Source of the DNA: an uncultured Candidatus Saccharibacteria bacterium
Lineage (GTDB): Bacteria; Patescibacteriota; Dojkabacteria; SC72
Reading direction: 5' to 3'
Assembly: GCA_964655705.1 (NCBI GenBank)
Contig: CAZZPP010000001.1
Location: 90,534-154,533 of the forward strand
DNA length: 64,000 nt
Shown here: in pieces, positions 23,864 through 32,561 of the stretch
Layout: each line of letters begins with the position of its first letter
How positions within the stretch are numbered: position 1 is the first letter of the stretch
The notes under the pieces: generated by a model
Databases searched by the model: none
Told to the model about the DNA's origin: nothing
Seen by the model: the letters and a program-made list of their open reading frames with translations, nothing else
Program-made: the position numbers and the translations under genes

Positions 23864-26194
23864 ATGAAGAGGAGGAAAAGTAAAAACAGAATTAAATATA
23901 CAATATTGTTTCTTTTAGGTTGCACACTTTTCTTTCTCACCTCATATCTCTTTTTGAAAAATCTCCAATACCAGAAGATCTTAACTCAAAAGCCATGGGA
24001 TATTCAGGTTGTTAATATCACTACATCTGATATATGGGTATACTGGAAGAGTTCCAGTGATTCTATTCAGAATATTGTTTACAGAGAGGATACTGATGAT
24101 TCTACTGAATATATTGAGGTTAAAAACCTCGAGTATCATACAGACTATATAAATGAGAGTAGGGTATTTTCTACACATATTCAGGATCTAAAACCAGATA
24201 CTAAATACCTATTCAAAATATTGTCTAAGGAGTATGAATGGGATCAAGAGATATCATTTAAGACAAAGGAGGTTACACAAGAGGTCCCATATCCTGAGAT
24301 ACTTACAGGAAAGGCTAATGACAAGAGTTTAATACTGGTAGAGATGCCAGATGAGAAGTTAATGGTGGATACACAGTACCATGGTACCTATGCATTTGAT
24401 TCAAAGGGTAAAGAGTTTACTGTTTCAGAGTATTCTAGATATATTACTGGGGAGGAGTTGGGAGAGAGATTGTCTAAGTTAATATCTCCTAAGGTATATG
24501 CAGCTAGTGGTGCTAATTGTAAAACCAATATTACCATTAGTAGTGTTACATATCCTCCCACTAAAGCAAAAACAATTGACATTCTTAATCGGTGGGTTGC
24601 TGGTTGTCCTATGGGGGGATATCCTGAAACCTGCTATGAGGATGTATATTGTAGATCTTTGAAGTATGGTATTAATCCTGCTTTTGCTATGGCCATATGG
24701 TCTCATGAATCAGGTGGAAGTAACTATGCATATATTAGTGGGGTTGAGGATTTCGGTATTCATGGGCATCCTGATGTTGGGGTTGCTAACTTTGAGAAAC
24801 AGATTGAATATTTCTTACAATATATCGCAGTACCTTCATATATTAGTAGCTGTCAATGGAGTTTAGAGTTTGAACAAGAGTACAGCCCTACTCTTCCTAA
24901 GGAGATGATTATGTGGGCGGCTAGATATTACAAAGGGCAGTGTAGTGATCCTGTAAATCTGAGTCATGGGTATGAATATATTTCGGAGATAAATAGGGTG
25001 TATGGTTGGTATACAAACTCGACATTGACTTGGCCTTTTACAGTATCTAGAAATAGCTCTGTTTGTGATTACTCCTCTTCATTTATCAATACCGCTTACA
25101 ATACTTGTACTTCAAAAGGGGAGCCTACTGATGATCCACCCGAAGATCCTCCAACAGAACCAACTGTAGATGACGGCCAAAAGAAATGGCTTCCCATTAC
25201 TGGTATAGATAATGAGGGAAAGAGAATCTCGCCAGAGGTTGACAGGGAGTGTGAATATTCTGCTGGTTGTATATGTATATGGAATTACAATATTAAGCCA
25301 GGTGAGAGTACCAAGGAGGCTAGTAAAGGATATGTATGTACAGTATCAGGAGAGGTCGTAAGTGCTCCTACACCTAAGTGTGGTACAAGAGCAACTACAT
25401 ATTCAGATTCAACTTCTACTTGGCCATCTGGTTCTACTCTTTGTGAGATTGGTACTGCCCAACCTTCTACCGTTGATTTCCCTTCAGTTGGAAACGATTC
25501 CTCTTGGGAGTGTGTTAGTGGAAGTAAGTCTCAAGATTGTAAGGCTAGGGTATCTGCATTACCTCTTGTATGTTGTTTTAGTAATCAAACAGTATCGTGG
25601 ATTGATTCTAGGGAGTGTAGTGGAGAGGTATTACAAGGTATTGAGAAATCTAAATGTGTTGTGAAGGATGGTGTAATTAATATTGTTAAAGGTACAAACT
25701 TCATCCAAGCTCTTGATGTAGTTAACTACCAGGATGTTCCCATACGTACTGCTAAGGAATTAATCGAATACTCAGCAATGAAAATTTTTGTAGTAGGAGA
25801 ATTTCTGAACAATGAGTGGATTAAGGTTGTTAAATATTCACAAGGTAGTATACATGGACAAGACTTTAATCTAGAGAGTGGGAAGGTTTACTTGGTCGTA
25901 TCTCTAGAGGATATGAAGATTTCTTTTGAGAGTATTTCGAGAATATATGTTTTGCAGGATCTCACTAAATTGGTAGGATGGAATTTAATACCTTCTTCAT
26001 ATTTCGAAGATATATCTGATGAGAGTAGGGATATTCTCTTAGAGAAAGATTTGGAATATATCTCTCAGATTGGGATATGGGATGGGGAGTTAAGTTCGTT
26101 TAACTATACTGCCAGAGATGAGGCAGGAGTAATCTATGGTGACTCATTAGATATTGATGAGCAACAGGGTGTTTTTGTTAAAATAGCAAACTAG
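23864..26194 (+). CDS. large exported Cys-rich multidomain protein (FN3-like N-terminus, possible lysozyme-like segment)
   Basis: 776 aa. N-terminal TM/signal; WDIQVVNITTSDIWVYWKS FN3-like region; AMAIWSHESGGSNYAYISG loosely resembles glucosaminidase/lysozyme-like ESG motifs; more than 25 cysteines in the C-terminal half. Confidence 0.45.
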   Translation: MKRRKSKNRIKYTILFLLGCTLFFLTSYLFLKNLQYQKILTQKPWDIQVVNITTSDIWVYWKSSSDSIQNIVYREDTDDSTEYIEVKNLEYHTDYINESRVFSTHIQDLKPDTKYLFKILSKEYEWDQEISFKTKEVTQEVPYPEILTGKANDKSLILVEMPDEKLMVDTQYHGTYAFDSKGKEFTVSEYSRYITGEELGERLSKLISPKVYAASGANCKTNITISSVTYPPTKAKTIDILNRWVAGCPMGGYPETCYEDVYCRSLKYGINPAFAMAIWSHESGGSNYAYISGVEDFGIHGHPDVGVANFEKQIEYFLQYIAVPSYISSCQWSLEFEQEYSPTLPKEMIMWAARYYKGQCSDPVNLSHGYEYISEINRVYGWYTNSTLTWPFTVSRNSSVCDYSSSFINTAYNTCTSKGEPTDDPPEDPPTEPTVDDGQKKWLPITGIDNEGKRISPEVDRECEYSAGCICIWNYNIKPGESTKEASKGYVCTVSGEVVSAPTPKCGTRATTYSDSTSTWPSGSTLCEIGTAQPSTVDFPSVGNDSSWECVSGSKSQDCKARVSALPLVCCFSNQTVSWIDSRECSGEVLQGIEKSKCVVKDGVINIVKGTNFIQALDVVNYQDVPIRTAKELIEYSAMKIFVVGEFLNNEWIKVVKYSQGSIHGQDFNLESGKVYLVVSLEDMKISFESISRIYVLQDLTKLVGWNLIPSSYFEDISDESRDILLEKDLEYISQIGIWDGELSSFNYTARDEAGVIYGDSLDIDEQQGVFVKIAN

Positions 26195-26275
26195 TAGTTA
26201 GTTGACATATTGGGGTATATAAAATATGATTACCCCTATATACTGCTCATAATTAATATTTAATATTCGTTTATT

Positions 26276-27040
26276 ATGCCAAAGGCAAAGAAGGTAGAAA
26301 AGAGTGATGAGATTGTAGTTAACCTTGATACAGTAATAATTCCAGCATCAATAGTATTGGCAGGAATAATCATTGCCCTATCAATATTTTTTACTAACAA
26401 AGGTAATGATAATACCACTTCTGATGATCAAACTCAGGGAATTCAAGAGGAAGATTCAGGTGTAGCACAAGACGAGTTTCCAGATGCTAATACAGTTATA
26501 GGGGATAGTCCCTATCTAGGTGATATTAAGAAGGCTAAGGTAGCCATAGTTGAGTATACAGATTTCCAGTGTCCTTACTGTCAAAGACATGCAACAGATA
26601 CCAAACCAAGTATTATTGCAGATTATGTAGATACAGGTAAGATTATATATGTAGTTAGAAACTTCCCATTAGATTTCCATGGAGAGATTGCAATACAGAG
26701 TGCTAATGCAGGACTTTGTGTTAATGAGTTAGCGGGAGCAAAGAAGTATTTTGAATTTTACAACCAGGGCTTTGTCAAAACATCTGTTGAAGAGTTAGCA
26801 GCAGTTGCTCAAGCATTGGGAGTAAATATGGATAAATACAATACATGTATGAGTGAGAATAGATACAAAGGGCAAATAGACAAAGATTTCGCAGATGGTC
26901 AAGCAGCAGGGGTACAGGGTACTCCAGGATTTGTAATTGGAGTATTGGATAAGGATGGTAATGTAGAGGGTAAATTAATAGCTGGTGCTTATCCATATGA
27001 GTCATTCAAAGTTCTCATTGATGAGATGTTAGGGAAGTAG
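26276..27040 (+). CDS. DsbA-family thiol:disulfide oxidoreductase, membrane-anchored
   Basis: N-terminal TM helix; thioredoxin-fold CxxC active site FQCPYCQRH; GTPGFVIG cis-Pro loop. Confidence 0.8.
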   Translation: MPKAKKVEKSDEIVVNLDTVIIPASIVLAGIIIALSIFFTNKGNDNTTSDDQTQGIQEEDSGVAQDEFPDANTVIGDSPYLGDIKKAKVAIVEYTDFQCPYCQRHATDTKPSIIADYVDTGKIIYVVRNFPLDFHGEIAIQSANAGLCVNELAGAKKYFEFYNQGFVKTSVEELAAVAQALGVNMDKYNTCMSENRYKGQIDKDFADGQAAGVQGTPGFVIGVLDKDGNVEGKLIAGAYPYESFKVLIDEMLGK

Positions 27041-27061
27041 GTTAGTTATTTTTTGATAATT

Positions 27062-27088
27062 AAAAGGGAGGATATCCTCCCTTTTTTC
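27062..27088. terminator. bidirectional intrinsic terminator (palindrome AAAGGGAGGAT|ATCCTCCCTTT flanked by A-run and T-run)
   Basis: Perfect 8-bp GC-rich palindrome sitting exactly between the stops of two convergent genes (27040 and 27089), with TTTTTT on the plus side and TTTT on the minus side. Confidence 0.65.
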
Positions 27089-28213
27089 TTAATTCTTTTT
27101 AATTGATTTCTTCTTACCTATCTCTTTAGATTTTGCAAATCCATCATACTTCATTCTAATTACTGAACCTATGGTTATTGCTATTAGGGAGATACTATAC
27201 AGTCCTCTAACTATTGGTATTAATTTTAATATTACAGATATACTTCGGCCAATTAGAAGAGAGATAAATCTCCCATAATCTCTCTGTTTAGTTAACTGTA
27301 ATATTTTGTGTCCTATGGCAGACTCTGTCCATATGATACCAAAGGTTGAGAGGAAGAGTAGGATACCTATCACTAAGAATGCCAATGGTACTCCTATTAA
27401 CGTAAGTAGTAGCAAAAATATTGGTATTGGTATTGCAAATATTGTTACTATTCCTACAGCATAACTTTTTAAAAGATCTGTCCATGAGGATGTAATCTTT
27501 TTTTCTATCTTTAGTGTTTTAACAGGCGCGGAAAGTATGAGAATGGTTCCTACAATGTACATTCCTACAAAGTTGATTAATCCAAGTACTAAATTAAAAC
27601 CTAAGAAATCTTCTTTTGTTAACTTAACATCTTCATCTGTCTTGGTACTCTTAGTTCCTGCTATTAGTTCTCCTGAGATATCATTTTCATCTAATGTATA
27701 GTTGTCACTCCCTATTAGGAAATCCCCTCCTACGGATGCAGTAGAGGTTAGTTGCCCTGTTACTACTCTTATATCATCTGATATTGATCCATCTATACTT
27801 AATTGGCCTGAGGCTGATAGTATATCTCCTGTAACATTAGCATTTATATCTCCTATTATTGCTGCTAGATAGATATTGTCTCTCATGGTTCCAGATATAC
27901 TTACATTGGAGCCAAGGGCTACTGTATTTCCTGATACTATTCCTGTTACTTTTATATTAGTTCCAAAGGTATACAGGTCTCCTGTGATTGTTCCATCTAT
28001 CAATATGTTTTCTCCAATTATGATTAAATCTCCATCTACTATTCCACTTATTGTTATATTGTCTCCTGTTACATACAGGTCATCTTCTACAATAGATTCT
28101 TTATCTAGGGTATACTCTCCTGTTTCCATTTTAGCTGCATATGTAGGAGTTATTAGGAGAAAGAATAGTAAGAGGGTTGATATTAATATATTTCTTATCT
28201 TTAATTTAAACAT
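27089..28213 (-). CDS. bactofilin-like beta-helical repeat domain fused to a polytopic membrane domain
   Basis: Signal peptide; ~150 aa of degenerate hexad repeats (ISGIVDGDLIIIGENILIDGTITGDLYTFGTNIKVTGIVSGNTVALGSNVSISG) as in bactofilin/DUF583 polymer-forming proteins; then ~5 TM helices and a basic C-terminal tail. Confidence 0.5.
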   Translation of the reverse strand: MFKLKIRNILISTLLLFFLLITPTYAAKMETGEYTLDKESIVEDDLYVTGDNITISGIVDGDLIIIGENILIDGTITGDLYTFGTNIKVTGIVSGNTVALGSNVSISGTMRDNIYLAAIIGDINANVTGDILSASGQLSIDGSISDDIRVVTGQLTSTASVGGDFLIGSDNYTLDENDISGELIAGTKSTKTDEDVKLTKEDFLGFNLVLGLINFVGMYIVGTILILSAPVKTLKIEKKITSSWTDLLKSYAVGIVTIFAIPIPIFLLLLTLIGVPLAFLVIGILLFLSTFGIIWTESAIGHKILQLTKQRDYGRFISLLIGRSISVILKLIPIVRGLYSISLIAITIGSVIRMKYDGFAKSKEIGKKKSIKKN

Positions 28214-28267
28214 TATTGTTTAACATTAAGTTATATTATTAATATATTAGCATATTGTATATCCCAT

Positions 28268-29155
28268 TTGTTAGTCATTTCCAATTTAAGTATGTATAAT
28301 CGAATGATGAAAATTTCAATAGTAATTGTTAACTATAATGGCGTTCATTTACTAAAAAAGAATTTAAAATCCGTAGTTAATACTCAGTATCCTCACTTTG
28401 ATGTTGTAGTAGTAGATAATGCATCTGTAGATGATAGTGTTCAGTATTTAAAGAAGGAGTTTCCTACTGTTAAGGTTGTTGAGAGTAAAGAGAATTTAGG
28501 ATTTGGTAGGGGTAATAACTTGGGAGTAGCTGCATATCCCAACTATGATGCATATCTGTTTTTAAATAATGATGTAAGTGTACCTAAAGACTTCCTAGAT
28601 AATATGGTTAAGGTATTAGAGAGGGACCCTAAGATTGGTGCTGTAGGACCTAAAATACTTTACTCTAAAAAAAGAGATGGTAAATATATTGTTAATTCTG
28701 CTGGTATTCAGGTAGATAAACATTTTCTGTCATATGACAGATATGATAAACAGGAAGATAGTCAAATGTTCAATGTAATTGAGCAGATTGATGCAATAAT
28801 GGGAGGGGCATTCTTAGTTAAAAGAGAGGTTTTTGAAAAAAGTGAAGGCTTTGATCCTAGTATGTTCCTTTACTATGAAGATATAGATCTATCTCTTAGA
28901 ATTAGAGATTTAGGATACAAGATATACTATGTTGGTACTTCTCATGTATATCATGATCATATGGCTTCTTCTAAGAAATTGGGAATGAGAAGAAGAAATG
29001 TTATGAATATGTGTAATAGGTATAGGAGTTTGAAAAGGAGATTAGGAATTGGTATAGCAATTAAGGAAAGTATCTGGTATCTTTTTAACTGGTTAATATG
29101 GAAAATGATATACTCTAAGAAGATAACTTTAAAGGAATATTTTAAAAACAGGTAA
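28268..29155 (+). CDS. glycosyltransferase family 2
   Basis: ISIVIVNYNG ... VVVDNASVDDS ... DxD-type motifs of GT-A fold GT2 enzymes (rhamnosyltransferase-like). Confidence 0.8.
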   Translation: MLVISNLSMYNRMMKISIVIVNYNGVHLLKKNLKSVVNTQYPHFDVVVVDNASVDDSVQYLKKEFPTVKVVESKENLGFGRGNNLGVAAYPNYDAYLFLNNDVSVPKDFLDNMVKVLERDPKIGAVGPKILYSKKRDGKYIVNSAGIQVDKHFLSYDRYDKQEDSQMFNVIEQIDAIMGGAFLVKREVFEKSEGFDPSMFLYYEDIDLSLRIRDLGYKIYYVGTSHVYHDHMASSKKLGMRRRNVMNMCNRYRSLKRRLGIGIAIKESIWYLFNWLIWKMIYSKKITLKEYFKNR

Positions 29156-29928
29156 TGAGAAGTAATGATTTAGACCTATACAAACAGTTTGTAAAAACAA
29201 CCTTTAAGATGAGATACAAAGGCTCTATCTTAGGTTTCTTTTGGGTATTGCTTAAACCCTTCTTTATGTTTTTAATCCTGTTTATGATTTTCTCTCGAGT
29301 ATCTGGGTCTACAACAGGACTTACATCACAGCAGTACGCTGTATATCTTCTCTCAGGTTTGATTGTATATACATTCTTTAATGAAGGAATGATTTGGGGT
29401 ATGGGTGCAATTATGGAGAGAGCAGGATTAATTGTAAAGATTAATTTCAGAAGAGAGGTTGTTGTTGCTAGCTCTCTTACCATGGCATTGATTAACTTTA
29501 GCATCAATCTAGGTATTGTAATTGCAGTAGCATTAATTTTAAATATCAGTTTAACATTTCTAGGTTTGGCATATATTCTTTTAATATGCTTCACAATGTT
29601 TTTGGCACTCTATGGTGTTTCTTTCTTTACCAGTATCTGGTTAGTTCATGTAAGGGATCTTCAGCACATTATGGAACTAGTATTACAGCTTCTCTTCTAT
29701 GCTAGTGCTGTATTTTTCCCAATTGAGATGATTCCTGAGAATTTTAGATTCATTGTATACTACAATCCTGTTGCAAGATTTATTAAAGCTGTTAGAGAAG
29801 CATTGATATATGGAAATATAACAGATATTAAATTTGTTTTAGTAGCACTTGTAACATCCTTAATTTTAGTTGTAATTGGTAGTAGATATTTTAATAGACA
29901 TATTAAAAAAATAGCAGAGCATTTTTAA
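29155..29928 (+). CDS. ABC-2 type polysaccharide/teichoic-acid export permease (Wzm/TagG-like)
   Basis: 6-TM ABC-2 permease with a characteristic N-terminus (MRYKGSILGFFWVLLKP). Translationally coupled to the next gene. Confidence 0.8.
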   Translation: MRSNDLDLYKQFVKTTFKMRYKGSILGFFWVLLKPFFMFLILFMIFSRVSGSTTGLTSQQYAVYLLSGLIVYTFFNEGMIWGMGAIMERAGLIVKINFRREVVVASSLTMALINFSINLGIVIAVALILNISLTFLGLAYILLICFTMFLALYGVSFFTSIWLVHVRDLQHIMELVLQLLFYASAVFFPIEMIPENFRFIVYYNPVARFIKAVREALIYGNITDIKFVLVALVTSLILVVIGSRYFNRHIKKIAEHF

Positions 29929-29931
29929 AAA

Positions 29932-30666
29932 ATGGAAAAGAATATAGCAATTAAAGTAGAAAATTTAACAAAGAATTTTAGAATCCCAGAACATGGTTCA
30001 GCTAATACCATACAGGAGAGATTTGTAAATCCCTTCTCAAAAAAAAGAATGATTGATTTTACTGCGGTAAAAAATCTTTCATTTGAGGTTAAGAAAGGAG
30101 AATTTTTTAGTGTAATTGGTCCTAATGGTGCAGGAAAATCAACTCTTCTAAAACTAATTTCTGGAATATATGTTCCTACACAAGGCAGTATTACAGTTGA
30201 TGGAAAACTAGTTCCTTTCTTAGAGCTTGGTGTTGGATTTAATCCAGATCTTAGTGCTAGAGAGAATGTATATTTAAATGGTGTTATTTTAGGATTAACT
30301 AAGAAAGAGGTAGATAACCATATTGATGATATTTTTGAATTTGCAGAACTTAAAGAATTTCAAGATCTTTCCATAAAGAAGTTCTCTTCTGGTATGAATG
30401 TTAGATTGGCATTTTCAATAGCAATTCAAGTTAAGTCAGATGTACTAGTATTAGATGAGGTATTAGCTGTAGGAGATGGTGAGTTTCAAAAGAAATGTTT
30501 TGCATACTTTGATGAGATTGTTGGTAAAAAAACAATACTGTTTGTATCTCATGGTTTGGAAAGTGTAAAGAAGTATTCAGATAGGGTACTGTGGTTGAAA
30601 GAGGATAAGTCATATGAGATAGGGAATCCAAATGAGATGGTAGCGAAATATAGTAAGACTTTTTAG
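29932..30666 (+). CDS. ABC transporter ATP-binding protein (Wzt/TagH-like)
   Basis: Walker A GPNGAGKST; signature FSSGMNVRLAF; Walker B VLVLDE. Confidence 0.85.
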   Translation: MEKNIAIKVENLTKNFRIPEHGSANTIQERFVNPFSKKRMIDFTAVKNLSFEVKKGEFFSVIGPNGAGKSTLLKLISGIYVPTQGSITVDGKLVPFLELGVGFNPDLSARENVYLNGVILGLTKKEVDNHIDDIFEFAELKEFQDLSIKKFSSGMNVRLAFSIAIQVKSDVLVLDEVLAVGDGEFQKKCFAYFDEIVGKKTILFVSHGLESVKKYSDRVLWLKEDKSYEIGNPNEMVAKYSKTF

Positions 30667-30668
30667 AT

Positions 30669-32558
30669 ATGAAATTAAAAGAGATTTTTCAAAGAGTTAT
30701 ACAGAGATTTCCAATATATTTGGTTCAGTTTAAGACCTTAGTTAAAAAAGAGGGTGTATTTTTTACTTTTAAAAGAGCTTCTAAAAAAATATTTAGATTT
30801 TTACATTCAAGGGGTAGGGTTGGGGATTTAAATAGGATACTGTTTAAAGAGTGGATGAGTAATGTAGAGAGTGTATATCTTAATCAAAAGAGTATGAAAA
30901 AGGATTTGTCTAATCTTAAGGTTAAACCTAAGTTTAGTATAATATTTCCTGTATGGAATAAGTCAGAAGAGATGTTGCAGAGTGCACTAGATTCAATTAC
31001 TAATCAGATATATGATAACTGGGAGATATGTATATCTGATGGTTCTAGTAAGGGTGTAAAAGAGAGTAAGGAGTTTTTAGAGGGGTTTAAAAAAGAATAT
31101 CCTAAGAGGGTTAAACTTTCTTTTCTTTCAGAGGAGTTAAGAGATGGTATTAATATTATACAAAATAGTAATAACGCTATATCTTTAGCTACTGGGCAGT
31201 ATCTTGTGTTTATGGATTGTGATGATGAGATTTCTCCTAACTGTTTACTTGAATTAGCTAAGGGTATTAATGATAACCCTAAGGTAGATTTTTTGTATAG
31301 TGATTTTGATAAGATAGACCAGAGAGGGAATAGGTTTGATCCTTCTTTTTGGCCTGATTGGTCTCCTCATACTCTTACTTCACAGATGTATACTACTCAT
31401 GTTACTTGTTACAAAAAAGAGGTATTTGAAGAGTTAGGGGGATTGGTAGAGGGGACACAGGGTGCACAGGATTGGGATTTAGTTTTAAGGTATGTTACTG
31501 CGTATCATCTTAAATGGAATGTTGTACATATTCCTAAAATTCTTTATCACTGGAGGGTGTATCCTGGTTCTACTGCGCTAGCTAATAGTGGAGATAAGGA
31601 TTGGGCATATGAGAATCAGAGGGGTGTATTAGAGGGGTATTTAAAAAGGAGAGAGTTAAAGGGAGAGGTAATTGAGGGTGCTTTTGAGGGTAGTTGGAGG
31701 GTTAAGTTTGAGATAATAGGGAATCCTAAGGTTAGTATAGTTATTCCTACTAAGGATAAGGTGGAGTATTTAAAAAGAGCAATTGATAGTATTAGAGAGC
31801 ATACTAAATACAGTAATTATGAGATTGTTGTTGTTGATAATAGGTCAGTAGAGGAAGAGACTTTAGAGTATTTGAAAGAGATTAAAAGGGATGGGGTTAA
31901 GGTTTTAGAGTATGATATGCCTTTCCATTTTGGTAAATTGTATAACTGGGCTAGTAAACAGGTAGATGGGGAATATATGTTAATACTAAATAATGATATT
32001 AGGGTTTTAAATGATGGTTGGTTAGAGAGTATGTTAGAGTGGTGTCAACTTCCAGAGGTTGGTAGTGTTGGTGCTAAGCTTTACTATCCTAATGGGAAGA
32101 TACAGCATGCTGGGGTAATTGTTGGAGCAGGGGGTGCTGCTGCTCATTCTCATAGGTTAGAGGATGGGGAGAGTTTCGGTTATAATGGGGCTTTGGTTAA
32201 TGTTAGAAACTATTTAGCTGTTACAGGAGCTTGTGTTATGGTAAAGAGAGATTTGTTTTTAGATATGAATGGTTTTAATGAGGTGTTTGATCCTGCTTAT
32301 CAGGATGTAGATTTTGGTATTAGATTATTTGAAAGAGGATTGTATAATGTTTATACTCCTTATACAGAGTTATTACATTATGAATCAATTACGAGATTAG
32401 ATACAAAGAACAATGAGAAATTAGAGAAGGATACTGTTAATGCAGAGAAGTTGAGAAAGAGATGGCCACAGTATATTGAATATATCGGGGGTAGAGATCC
32501 TTTTTACAATGATAATTTATCTTATGCACATGAGGATTTTAGGATTAGAACTGAGTAA
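30669..32558 (+). CDS. two-domain glycosyltransferase (tandem GT2 modules)
   Basis: Two separate GT-A signatures: PKFSIIFPVWNKSE...ICISDGSS and PKVSIVIPTKDKVEYLKRAIDSI...EIVVVDNRS. Confidence 0.75.
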   Translation: MKLKEIFQRVIQRFPIYLVQFKTLVKKEGVFFTFKRASKKIFRFLHSRGRVGDLNRILFKEWMSNVESVYLNQKSMKKDLSNLKVKPKFSIIFPVWNKSEEMLQSALDSITNQIYDNWEICISDGSSKGVKESKEFLEGFKKEYPKRVKLSFLSEELRDGINIIQNSNNAISLATGQYLVFMDCDDEISPNCLLELAKGINDNPKVDFLYSDFDKIDQRGNRFDPSFWPDWSPHTLTSQMYTTHVTCYKKEVFEELGGLVEGTQGAQDWDLVLRYVTAYHLKWNVVHIPKILYHWRVYPGSTALANSGDKDWAYENQRGVLEGYLKRRELKGEVIEGAFEGSWRVKFEIIGNPKVSIVIPTKDKVEYLKRAIDSIREHTKYSNYEIVVVDNRSVEEETLEYLKEIKRDGVKVLEYDMPFHFGKLYNWASKQVDGEYMLILNNDIRVLNDGWLESMLEWCQLPEVGSVGAKLYYPNGKIQHAGVIVGAGGAAAHSHRLEDGESFGYNGALVNVRNYLAVTGACVMVKRDLFLDMNGFNEVFDPAYQDVDFGIRLFERGLYNVYTPYTELLHYESITRLDTKNNEKLEKDTVNAEKLRKRWPQYIEYIGGRDPFYNDNLSYAHEDFRIRTE

Positions 32559-32561
32559 TAA

